A DNA stretch of 64,000 bases. Source: Gemmatimonadota bacterium (GTDB lineage Bacteria; Gemmatimonadota; Gemmatimonadetes; Longimicrobiales; RSA9). Both the position numbers and the translations under genes were made by a program. Shown piece by piece: positions 54,460 to 62,043 of the stretch. Every line of letters begins with the position of its first letter. The stretch's first letter is position 1. Under the pieces are notes generated by a model. The model was not told the DNA's origin, did no database searches, and worked only from the letters and a program-made list of their open reading frames with translations. The stretch lies in NCBI GenBank assembly GCA_007126035.1, contig SLCC01000011.1, positions 14,286-78,285 of the forward strand, in the 5' to 3' direction.

Positions 54460-54807
54460 ATGCGTCTTCGCTCCGTCGCGCCCGTCCTGGCCCTGGCACT
54501 CGCCTGCACTGTCGTCGTCGGCTGCGAGGAGCCGGAGCCGTCCGTGGTAGGCCAATGGTCGGCGGTGGACCACGACATGGACTGGATCGTGGAGTTGCGG
54601 GAGGACAGCACGTGGTCCATGCAGGCGGGCGCCCTGTCCGGCGAGGGGACGTACACAGCCATCCCGGACCGGGAGGGGATCTATCTCCGGCCCACGGGGC
54701 GGCTGGCGGATGTGGTCCCTGACGGCTACCGGGCCAGGCTCGAGGCGGACACGCTGCGGCTCTGTCGCGAAGCCCACTGCACCGACATGGTGCGCGTCGA
54801 GCCCTGA
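54460..54807 (+). CDS. hypothetical lipoprotein
   Basis: 115 aa with lipobox (VVVGC). No recognisable family. Confidence 0.5.
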   Translation: MRLRSVAPVLALALACTVVVGCEEPEPSVVGQWSAVDHDMDWIVELREDSTWSMQAGALSGEGTYTAIPDREGIYLRPTGRLADVVPDGYRARLEADTLRLCREAHCTDMVRVEP

Positions 54808-54815
54808 AGGTGATA

Positions 54816-54845
54816 GAGGGGCCGGCGCGCGACCGCCGGCCCCTC
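54816..54845. terminator. perfect 12-bp GC hairpin between convergent genes
   Basis: gaggggccggcg (54816-54827) / loop cgcgac / cgccggcccctc (54834-54845). Lies between the stops at 54807 (+) and 54901 (-). Confidence 0.55.
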
Positions 54846-54900
54846 ACAACTATCGCTCCACTTCCGGCGCTTTGCGGCCAGCGCCGTCAACCCCGTCGGA

Positions 54901-57045
54901 TCAACCGTCCGCCAGGTACCGGTCCAGCCAGTCGTGGACCTGCTGGTAGAAAAATCGGCTGTTCTCCCCGGTCATGATCCAGTGGTTCTCCGTCGGGAAC
55001 GAGATCAGTCGACTCGGTATCTGGAGCCGCTGGAGCAGGTTCCAGGCCTCGATGGTGGTGTTCAACGGGACCCGGTAGTCCAGCTCGCCGATGGTGAGCA
55101 GCATTGGCGTGGAGAAGTTGGCCGCGTGACGGATCGGGTTCTGGTCCCGCCACACCGGGCCCTGCTCCCAGACGGGACCCAGGAAGTTCACCTCCCGGTG
55201 GTAGATCGAGTCGCTGGTGCCCCACTGGCTCTCCATGTTGATGGCGCCGGCGTGGGCAATCAGCGTGCGGTACCGGTCCGTCACACCGTTCATCCAGTAG
55301 GCCAGATGACCGCCGTAGCTGGCGCCGCCCGCCGCCTGGCGGCTGCCGTCGATGAAGGGGAAGCGACGGATGGCCTCATCGGCCGCCAGGCTGATCTCGT
55401 CCGCTGGCCCACGCAGCGGGTCGCCCTGTATCGACTGGGCGAAAGCCTCGCTGAACCCCGTCGAGCCCTTGTAGTTGGTCAACAGGACCACGTACCCGGG
55501 GCTGCCCAGGAGGTGGTAGTTCCAGCGCAGGTGGGACTGGTCCTTCCACGCGCTGTGGGGGCCGCCGTGCATCAGGACCAGCAGCGGGTAGCTGCCGTTC
55601 TCGTCGAAGCCGGGCGGCAGGACCAGGAAGTTGTGGATCTCCTCACCCTCGGGGCTCGTGAACCAGAACGTGCGCAACGGCTGCACGTCCACCCCGTCCA
55701 GCAGGCCTTCGTTGAACGAGGTGATCTCCCGGTGGGCGCCGTCCCGGACGTTCACCCGCACTATCTCCATGGGTGACACCGCGCTCTGCCACTGAGCCAC
55801 CAGCACCGGGCTCCGGGATGACCCGCCCACGCTCAGCCCGCCGTACACGCCCGACAACTCATCGTTCAGAGGCCGCACATCACCGCCCCTGGCGGGCATG
55901 GACCAGATCCGGTCGTGACCCGCGTCCTCGCCCAGGATGTAGATGGTCCGACCGTCAGGCGCCGGGACGAAGGCCGAAACCGAACGATCCCAGCCCGCCG
56001 TCAGGACGCGGCGGTCGCCCACGGCCGGCCATGAGAACGAGGCCAGTCGGGTGTGGTTGTAGACGAACTCGTTCCTCGGTCGGAACGAAGCGTACAGAAC
56101 ACGACCATCCGGAGAGAAGGTAGGGTTGCCGTAGTTACCGGCACCCTCGGTCAGGCGCCGGGGCTCACCGCCGGCCACGTCCACCTGGTAGAGGTGCATG
56201 GCCGCGGACGAATAGGCCGTGGCGTCACGGTCCGTGGTGGCGACGAACACCACACCGGCGCCGTCCGGCGTCCAGGTGGCACCCAGGTCACCGGGCCCGT
56301 CGAAGCCGGCCTGCGCCACCAGGTCCGTCCCGCCCAACAAGTCCACGGGTGGCTGCTCCCCGTCCAGCACCTGCACGAACAGCCGGGGCTGGATGTCGTC
56401 GAGCCAGTGATCCCAGTTCCGGATGGGAAAGCCATCGTAGACGCGGGCGTTGTGCTTGCGGCCCCTCCGCTCGTCGGCGACCTGCTGGTGGGCCTCCACA
56501 TCCTCCGCATCCCGGAACATCGTGCTGGCGAACAGGATCGCGCCGCCATCAGGGCGCCAGTTGGGGGAGCGGGCCCCCGTGGCGATACTCGTCACACGCT
56601 GGGCCTCGCCGCCTGCCTCCAGGTCCAGCACGTAGATCTGGGACGCGTCGTCACCGTCACGACGAGCCGAGAAGGCGATCCGGCTCCCGTCCGGGCTCCA
56701 CGCCACACCGCTCTCGCCCCCACGGCGAGAAGTCAGGCGACGCGCCGCGGACGAGCCGTCCGTGGCTACGATCCACAGGTCCGTCGACTGGTCCGCCGCC
56801 GCGTACGCCGGCTCCAGCAGGGAGAAGACGGCCCATCGGCCGTCCGGGCTCACAGCCGGCGCGCCAGGCCGCTTCGCAAGCCACACGTCCTCGTGGGTTA
56901 TGGGACGAAGCTCCCCCGTAGCCGCCTGCGCCGCGCCGAGCGGCTCCTGCGACACCACCGCCGTGGCACCAGGCCACGCCAGCAGACCGACAACCCAGAT
57001 CGCCGTCCACAGCGATCCGTTTCCAAGGCCACGACACCTAAGCAT
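54901..57045 (-). CDS. S9-family serine peptidase (prolyl oligopeptidase / acylaminoacyl peptidase type) with N-terminal beta-propeller
   Basis: Signal peptide; WD40/TolB-like repeats (..SPDG....F..). C-terminal alpha/beta hydrolase with GGASYGGH (GxSxGG). AAGGAG RBS. Confidence 0.85.
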   Translation of the reverse strand: MLRCRGLGNGSLWTAIWVVGLLAWPGATAVVSQEPLGAAQAATGELRPITHEDVWLAKRPGAPAVSPDGRWAVFSLLEPAYAAADQSTDLWIVATDGSSAARRLTSRRGGESGVAWSPDGSRIAFSARRDGDDASQIYVLDLEAGGEAQRVTSIATGARSPNWRPDGGAILFASTMFRDAEDVEAHQQVADERRGRKHNARVYDGFPIRNWDHWLDDIQPRLFVQVLDGEQPPVDLLGGTDLVAQAGFDGPGDLGATWTPDGAGVVFVATTDRDATAYSSAAMHLYQVDVAGGEPRRLTEGAGNYGNPTFSPDGRVLYASFRPRNEFVYNHTRLASFSWPAVGDRRVLTAGWDRSVSAFVPAPDGRTIYILGEDAGHDRIWSMPARGGDVRPLNDELSGVYGGLSVGGSSRSPVLVAQWQSAVSPMEIVRVNVRDGAHREITSFNEGLLDGVDVQPLRTFWFTSPEGEEIHNFLVLPPGFDENGSYPLLVLMHGGPHSAWKDQSHLRWNYHLLGSPGYVVLLTNYKGSTGFSEAFAQSIQGDPLRGPADEISLAADEAIRRFPFIDGSRQAAGGASYGGHLAYWMNGVTDRYRTLIAHAGAINMESQWGTSDSIYHREVNFLGPVWEQGPVWRDQNPIRHAANFSTPMLLTIGELDYRVPLNTTIEAWNLLQRLQIPSRLISFPTENHWIMTGENSRFFYQQVHDWLDRYLADG

Positions 57046-57276
57046 CTCGAGCAGCTCCTTGAACAGTTGGGTACACCTCGCCCTGGAAGGTCAGCACAGA
57101 GCGGTGTCGGCGCAACTGTTGGCAATGAGGAGTTATCATTCTCATGCCTCGGGGCGAGCCGAACATTCCAACAGCATGAAACGGAGGGCTCCGAAACAGC
57201 GTGACACGGAAGGCGCGGAGAAGACCGAGGACGCGGAGACCAGAGCCGTACGAGCGCTGGCGCAGAATGGGGGGAA

Positions 57277-57310
57277 TTACACGTACGTTATACGTATATC
57301 GCACGTGTAA
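57277..57310. promoter_or_regulatory. 34-bp nested AT-rich near-palindrome (operator- or cruciform-like)
   Basis: TTACACGT (57277-57284) and ACGTGTAA (57303-57310) are inverted repeats. They are centred on the perfect 10-bp palindrome TATACGTATA (57289-57298). 15 of 17 positions pair. Confidence 0.5.
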
Positions 57311-57441
57311 CGTGTTGAGGGGCTGTATTGCCATACCCTTACCCATACCCACTCCGCGTCCTCCGACTCGTCCGCGCCCTCCGTGTCAAGCTGTTCGAAG
57401 ATTGTGCCACCCTCGAAGCCTGCGGGTGTGCCAGACAGCCT

Positions 57442-57497
57442 CTCGGAGTTCGGAGCTCGGAGTTCGGAGGGAGTTCGGAGTTCGATGCTCGAAGCCC
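57442..57497. repeat. tandem heptamer array TCGGAG(T/C), flanked by a 9-nt direct repeat
   Basis: CGGAG cores at 57444, 57451, 57458, 57465 (spacing 7) and 57476. CTCGAAGCC occurs at 57412-57420 and again at 57488-57496. Confidence 0.8.
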
Positions 57498-57545
57498 AGT
57501 CCGACGCCGGGCGAGCAGGTCCGGCGCCGGCGGGGCGCGCCGGGT

Positions 57546-59030
57546 TCAGCGCAGCCGCGTCTCGAGCCGACTGTGGCGCTCCAACGCTCTGGCATGGAGC
57601 AGGTGGCGCTCCGGGTCGGGCTCGATGGTGGTGCTGGGAGGGGCCTGTACGCCCGCCACGTCCAGTACGCCGGCCGCCTCCAGGGCCAGCAGGGCCGCGC
57701 CGCGGCTCGACGCCTCCGGGTCCGAGGTGAGCAGGAGCGGTTCTCCCAGGGCGTCAGCCACGAGTTGGGCCCAGGCGGGGGAGCGCCGGAGGGCGCCGCC
57801 GCTGGCCACCACCGCCACCGCTTCCGGCACCGCTTCCCGGAGCAGCCGCCGCAGCAGGACGAGCCGGTAGGCCACCGACTCGAGACCCGCTTGAAAGACA
57901 TCCAGGGCGCTGGTGGCCAGGCTGATGCCTGAGAAGGTCGCAGCCGCGCTCAGCGGCCAGTGGGGGCTCCGCTCACCAGCCAGGAAGGGCAGGACCGCGA
58001 GACCGTGGCCGCCTGGCTCACGTGCGTCCAGTAACGCGTCCAGCTCCGCGCCCCGGGCCGGGAGACGCAGGAGATTCTCCAGCCACTCCTTCACCACGCC
58101 ACCATTGGAAATGGCGCCGCCGAGCACCGTACGGTCCCGGTCCATGCGGTAACACCACAGGCCCCTGGGCGGGCTCCGCCAACCGCCCGGGACGACAACG
58201 CGCAGCGCCGCCGAGGTGCCCACGCTCAGGGCCGCGCCCGTCGGATCGTGGCAGCCGCTACCGATGTTGGCGCACGCCCCATCGCCTACCGGCAGGCGCC
58301 AGAGCGCATCCCGCAACCGCGGCCAGCGGGCGGCTCCGGCCACCCCGCTGCCCGGAAAGGCGGTCTCCCCGGCGCCGACCAGCACCTTGCCCAGCTGTTC
58401 CACGCCCACTCCGCACACTTCCAGGACCTCTCCATCCCACTCCACTGCCCGCTGATCGAGGAGGCCACTGGCGGCCGCCACGGACAGGTCCACCACGTGC
58501 TCACCCGTCAGCCTCAGCCACAGGTACTCGGGCAGCGACAGCCAGCGGCTAGCCCGGCCGAACAGCTCAGGCTTCGCATCCCGGAGCCAGCGCAGCTTCG
58601 CCGGCGGATAGCTGGGATGCAGGACCACGCCGGTTCTCCGGTGCACGCCGGCCTCGTCGAGCTCGGCGCGGAGCGCCGCGGCCGCGGCGCTCGACCGGGT
58701 GTCGCTCCAGCCATAGACAGGCGTGACGGGTCGACCACGCCCGTCCACCCCGAGCAGCGTGTGCCAGAGCGCCGAGAAACCCACTGCAGAAACGGTAGCG
58801 CCCGGCCACAGCGTGGCCGTCGCCCCGTCCATGGCAGCATACACCAGCTCCACGATCCGGTCCGCGTCGCCCTCGACCGAGCCGTCCAACCCGGTACGCC
58901 AACGATACGGCAGCCGGACCCCGCCCAGCCTGCGCCCGGTGCCAGTAAGGACGAATGCCCGGGCGGAGCCGGTACCCAGATCCACGCCAAGGGCCAGGGC
59001 TTCCGATTCCACGCCGTCGCCAACACGCAA
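57546..59030 (-). CDS. FGGY-family carbohydrate kinase (gluconokinase/xylulokinase-like)
   Basis: 494 aa with the N-terminal LGVDLGTGSARAF (FGGY phosphate-1 motif). Divergent from a 6-phosphogluconate dehydrogenase gene, which favours gluconate as substrate (inference). Confidence 0.75.
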   Translation of the reverse strand: MRVGDGVESEALALGVDLGTGSARAFVLTGTGRRLGGVRLPYRWRTGLDGSVEGDADRIVELVYAAMDGATATLWPGATVSAVGFSALWHTLLGVDGRGRPVTPVYGWSDTRSSAAAAALRAELDEAGVHRRTGVVLHPSYPPAKLRWLRDAKPELFGRASRWLSLPEYLWLRLTGEHVVDLSVAAASGLLDQRAVEWDGEVLEVCGVGVEQLGKVLVGAGETAFPGSGVAGAARWPRLRDALWRLPVGDGACANIGSGCHDPTGAALSVGTSAALRVVVPGGWRSPPRGLWCYRMDRDRTVLGGAISNGGVVKEWLENLLRLPARGAELDALLDAREPGGHGLAVLPFLAGERSPHWPLSAAATFSGISLATSALDVFQAGLESVAYRLVLLRRLLREAVPEAVAVVASGGALRRSPAWAQLVADALGEPLLLTSDPEASSRGAALLALEAAGVLDVAGVQAPPSTTIEPDPERHLLHARALERHSRLETRLR

Positions 59031-59119
59031 GGTCCCGGCCCGCCCATTGCAACGGTGCGCTGCTCGAACTCAGCCTCGATGGGAGCCTGCTCATGGAATC
59101 CGCCAACCATCCCACCCGC

Positions 59120-60058
59120 ATGCAGCTCGGCCTCATCGGCCTGGGCCGCATGGGCGCCAACATGGCCACTCGCCTCCTCCATGCCGGCCACGAGTTGTTC
59201 GTCTACGACATCGACACCGACGCCGCGTCGTCCATGGCGGAGCGCGGAGCTACCGTCGCCAGTTCCCCCGCGGAGTTGGCGAGCCTGCTGCCGCAGCCGC
59301 GTCACGTCTGGATCATGGTGCCCGCCGGTGCCCCCACGCAGCTGACCGTCGAGGCCATCGCGCCACAGCTCGACCAGGACGACGCCCTCATCGACGGCGG
59401 GAACAGCCGCTACACCGACTCCGTCCAGCGAGCCGCCGAGCTCGCCAGCCGGGGAGTTCACTTCCTGGACGTAGGCACCAGTGGTGGGATCTGGGGGTCG
59501 AGGGAAGGATACTGCCTCATGGTGGGCGGCGACCATGCCGTGGTCCAGCGACTACGCCCGGTCCTCGAGGACCTGGCACCCGCGCCCGACCGGGGCTGGG
59601 CACATGTGGGGCCCCCAGGCGCCGGGCACTTCACCAAGATGGTCCACAACGGCATCGAGTACGGACTCATGCAGGCCTACGCCGAGGGCTTCGCCATACT
59701 GAAGGCCAGAAAGGACATGGACCTCGACCTGGCGGCCATAGCCGAGGTTTGGCGACACGGGAGCGTCGTCAGGTCCTGGCTTCTCGACCTCACCGCCAGC
59801 GTACTGGCGGCAGACGCGGACCTGGCCGGCGTGGCCCCGTACGTCGAGGATTCCGGCGAGGGGCGTTGGACGGTGGCCGAGGCGATCGAACTGAACGTGC
59901 CAGCACCGGTCATCACCCTGTCGCTCATCCAGCGCCTCCGGTCCCGGCAGCCCGACTCCTATGGTGACCGCCTCCTGGCTGCCTTGCGCCGGGAGTTCGG
60001 CGGTCACGCGGTGCGGGGTGCGCAGGGCCACGATGGCCCGACTACCGGCCCATCCTGA
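59120..60058 (+). CDS. gnd: 6-phosphogluconate dehydrogenase, decarboxylating (short ~300-aa type)
   Basis: Start re-set to MQLGLIGLGRMGANMATRL (Rossmann). Contains GGNS.Y.D, GTSGGIWG and HF.KMVHNGIEYG.MQAYAEG. Confidence 0.85.
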   Translation: MQLGLIGLGRMGANMATRLLHAGHELFVYDIDTDAASSMAERGATVASSPAELASLLPQPRHVWIMVPAGAPTQLTVEAIAPQLDQDDALIDGGNSRYTDSVQRAAELASRGVHFLDVGTSGGIWGSREGYCLMVGGDHAVVQRLRPVLEDLAPAPDRGWAHVGPPGAGHFTKMVHNGIEYGLMQAYAEGFAILKARKDMDLDLAAIAEVWRHGSVVRSWLLDLTASVLAADADLAGVAPYVEDSGEGRWTVAEAIELNVPAPVITLSLIQRLRSRQPDSYGDRLLAALRREFGGHAVRGAQGHDGPTTGPS

Positions 60059-60267
60059 GACGCCGGACCTGATATCCCGCCGCACGGTGGGCACGCCGGA
60101 CAGGGAGCATTATGGGTGGCCGGGGGTGGACTGAGAACCCCGGATGTACGATCATCCCGCCCACTTCCAGGGGACGCGGCCAAGGAGACGGCGGTGGCGC
60201 ATTGACTCGAGAGCACGAAGAACCTGGCTACGGGGCCCGTGGTGCGCAGGCGGGCGGGCCCGTGCCG

Positions 60268-61167
60268 ATGGCGGGGGGCGGCGGAGACGGAGGGCTCCTT
60301 CTCCTGGTGCTCATCTGGGGTGCCAACTTCGCCATCGTGAAGAGGGCGTTGGACGCGTTCGCGCCGCTCGCGTTCAACTCGCTTCGGTTCCTGCTGGCCT
60401 CGGCCTTCGTCTTCGCTGCACTCCATTTCCGGGGCGCTCTCCGCATGCCGCGTGGGGACTGGCTCCCGCTCCTGGGCCTCGGCATCCTGGGCAACGTCGT
60501 CTACCAGCTCCTGTTCGTTCTCGGCATCGATCTGACCCGGGCGGGGAACGCCAGCCTGATCCTGGCGCTCATACCCATCATCACGGCCACGCTCTCGGTC
60601 GCGGTCGGACACGAGCGCTTGAGCCCGCTGGTATGGGTGGGGGCGGTGGGATCGGTTGTGGGGGTCGTACTCGTCAGTGGGGAGGCGCTGAGGCTCGAGG
60701 GCGATCCCCGGGGCCTGCTGGGAGACCTCCTGATGCTGGCCGCCGCTTTCGGCTGGGCAGGATATACCGTCGGCTCCAGACAGCTGATCGTCCGCCACGG
60801 CTCGCTCACGGTCACCGCCTGGACCATGTGGCTCGGCTCGCTCGTCCTCGTGCCAATAGGAATCCCGTCCCTGCTACGCCAGGACTGGCAGGCGGTGGAT
60901 CCAGTGGCCTGGGGCGGACTCGTCTACTCGGCCTGCCTCTCCATCGGCCTGGCCTACCTCCTGTGGTATCGACAGGTCGAGCGCATCGGCAACACCCGAA
61001 CCTCCGTCTACGTCAACATGGCACCATTGGTGGCCCTGACAGTGGCCGCCGTCTGGCTGGGCGAGCGCCTCACACCACTCGCCGTCCTCGGCGCAGCATG
61101 CACCATCGGAGGCGTACTGCTGGTGAGGCTCCGGGGTCTGGTGAGCAATAGGCTCGAACAGCGTTGA
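60268..61167 (+). CDS. EamA/DMT-superfamily transporter
   Basis: Start re-set to MAGGGGDGGLLLLVLIWGANFAIVKRAL. Ten hydrophobic segments. Confidence 0.75.
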   Translation: MAGGGGDGGLLLLVLIWGANFAIVKRALDAFAPLAFNSLRFLLASAFVFAALHFRGALRMPRGDWLPLLGLGILGNVVYQLLFVLGIDLTRAGNASLILALIPIITATLSVAVGHERLSPLVWVGAVGSVVGVVLVSGEALRLEGDPRGLLGDLLMLAAAFGWAGYTVGSRQLIVRHGSLTVTAWTMWLGSLVLVPIGIPSLLRQDWQAVDPVAWGGLVYSACLSIGLAYLLWYRQVERIGNTRTSVYVNMAPLVALTVAAVWLGERLTPLAVLGAACTIGGVLLVRLRGLVSNRLEQR

Positions 61168-61314
61168 ACCAACGATGGCCGAAGATCAGCTTCAACAGAG
61201 GTGAGGGTCGCCTCTCAGACTGAAGTCGGTCCCAGACGGTAACGGCAGCTCGGTCAGTACCACGAGCATGGCGGGGCTGGCCGGGTTGGAGGCCGAGGCT
61301 GCTGAGCGGTCTGG

Positions 61315-61968
61315 TCAGCCTGGCTTGTTGCGGAAGATGGCGACGTTGGGGTGGGGCAGGTGGAGTGACCAGTCGAACCGGTGGGCCAGCCACTCCATGG
61401 TTCGCAGGCGGTAGAAGCATACGTGGGTGGGATCGCGGGCGTAGCGCCAGGCGGCCAGGTCGGGAGGGCTGGTTCCTGGGACCATCTGGGTCATGACGGC
61501 GAGATAGGCACCGGGGCGGAGGAGGCTGTGGAGGCGTTGGAACTCGTCGTGAGGTTGGAAGAAGTGCTCGGCCGTCTCGGTGCAGGTGATGAAGTCGTAA
61601 GTGGTCTGGAGAGCTGTTTTCTCGGGGGCGAAGAAGGGGTCGTAGAGGGTCATATGGAAGCCCTGCTCCTGGAGCAATACGGAGAGGGTCGGCCCTGGCC
61701 CCGACCCGTAGTCCAGGCCCCGGGCGCCCGCGGGCAGGCGGCGGACCAGCGGGCCCGCCAGGCGCTGGAGGAATGCCCTGTAGCCTGCGTCCGCCGGGTC
61801 GTTCTCGTGGGTCAGGTAGTGCTCCCGCTCCTCGTCCTGTCCGGGCCTGTGCTCCTGTGCCATGTGGATGAGTCCGCACCCCGGGCAGTCGAAGTAGTCG
61901 CGACCGTGTGCCCGCTGGAGCCAGGTTGCGTGTTCGTGACAGAGCGGACAGCGACCAGGTGCTACCAT
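61315..61968 (-). CDS. class I SAM-dependent methyltransferase with N-terminal zinc-ribbon
   Basis: CPLCHEH..CPGCGLIH (4-Cys ribbon) followed by GLDYGSGPG (SAM motif I). Confidence 0.7.
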   Translation of the reverse strand: MVAPGRCPLCHEHATWLQRAHGRDYFDCPGCGLIHMAQEHRPGQDEEREHYLTHENDPADAGYRAFLQRLAGPLVRRLPAGARGLDYGSGPGPTLSVLLQEQGFHMTLYDPFFAPEKTALQTTYDFITCTETAEHFFQPHDEFQRLHSLLRPGAYLAVMTQMVPGTSPPDLAAWRYARDPTHVCFYRLRTMEWLAHRFDWSLHLPHPNVAIFRNKPG

Positions 61969-61978
61969 AGAGCCCTCA

Positions 61979-62023
61979 GACCGCGAGCCTCGGACCGCGA
62001 GCTTCGCCCTGTGAGGCTCGCGG
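61979..62023 (-). promoter_or_regulatory. 14-nt tandem repeat able to form two mutually exclusive hairpins with one downstream arm
   Basis: gaccgcgagcctcg (61979-61992) and gaccgcgagcttcg (61993-62006) are tandem copies. gaggctcgcgg (62013-62023) is the perfect complement of 61981-61991 and a 10/11 complement of 61995-62005. Confidence 0.45.
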
Positions 62024-62043
62024 GTTCGATGTTCGGGTCTCCT

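Noticed and set aside
57176-57310. 44-aa ORF (MKRRAPKQRDTEGAEKTEDAETRAVRALAQNGGNYTYVIRISHV) inside the long intergenic region, and the 104-aa minus ORF at 57038-57352.
   Set aside because: No Shine-Dalgarno is present. The 3' part is simply the AT-rich palindrome read as codons. The minus ORF overlaps the peptidase start and has non-coding-like composition.
60059-60267. 210-nt gap before the second EamA transporter as a possible guanidine/ykkC-type riboswitch (hairpin CCGGGG-N11-CCCCGG).
   Set aside because: No ACGR-loop hairpin pair or ykkC-like conserved core was found, and the true start codon of the transporter is itself uncertain.
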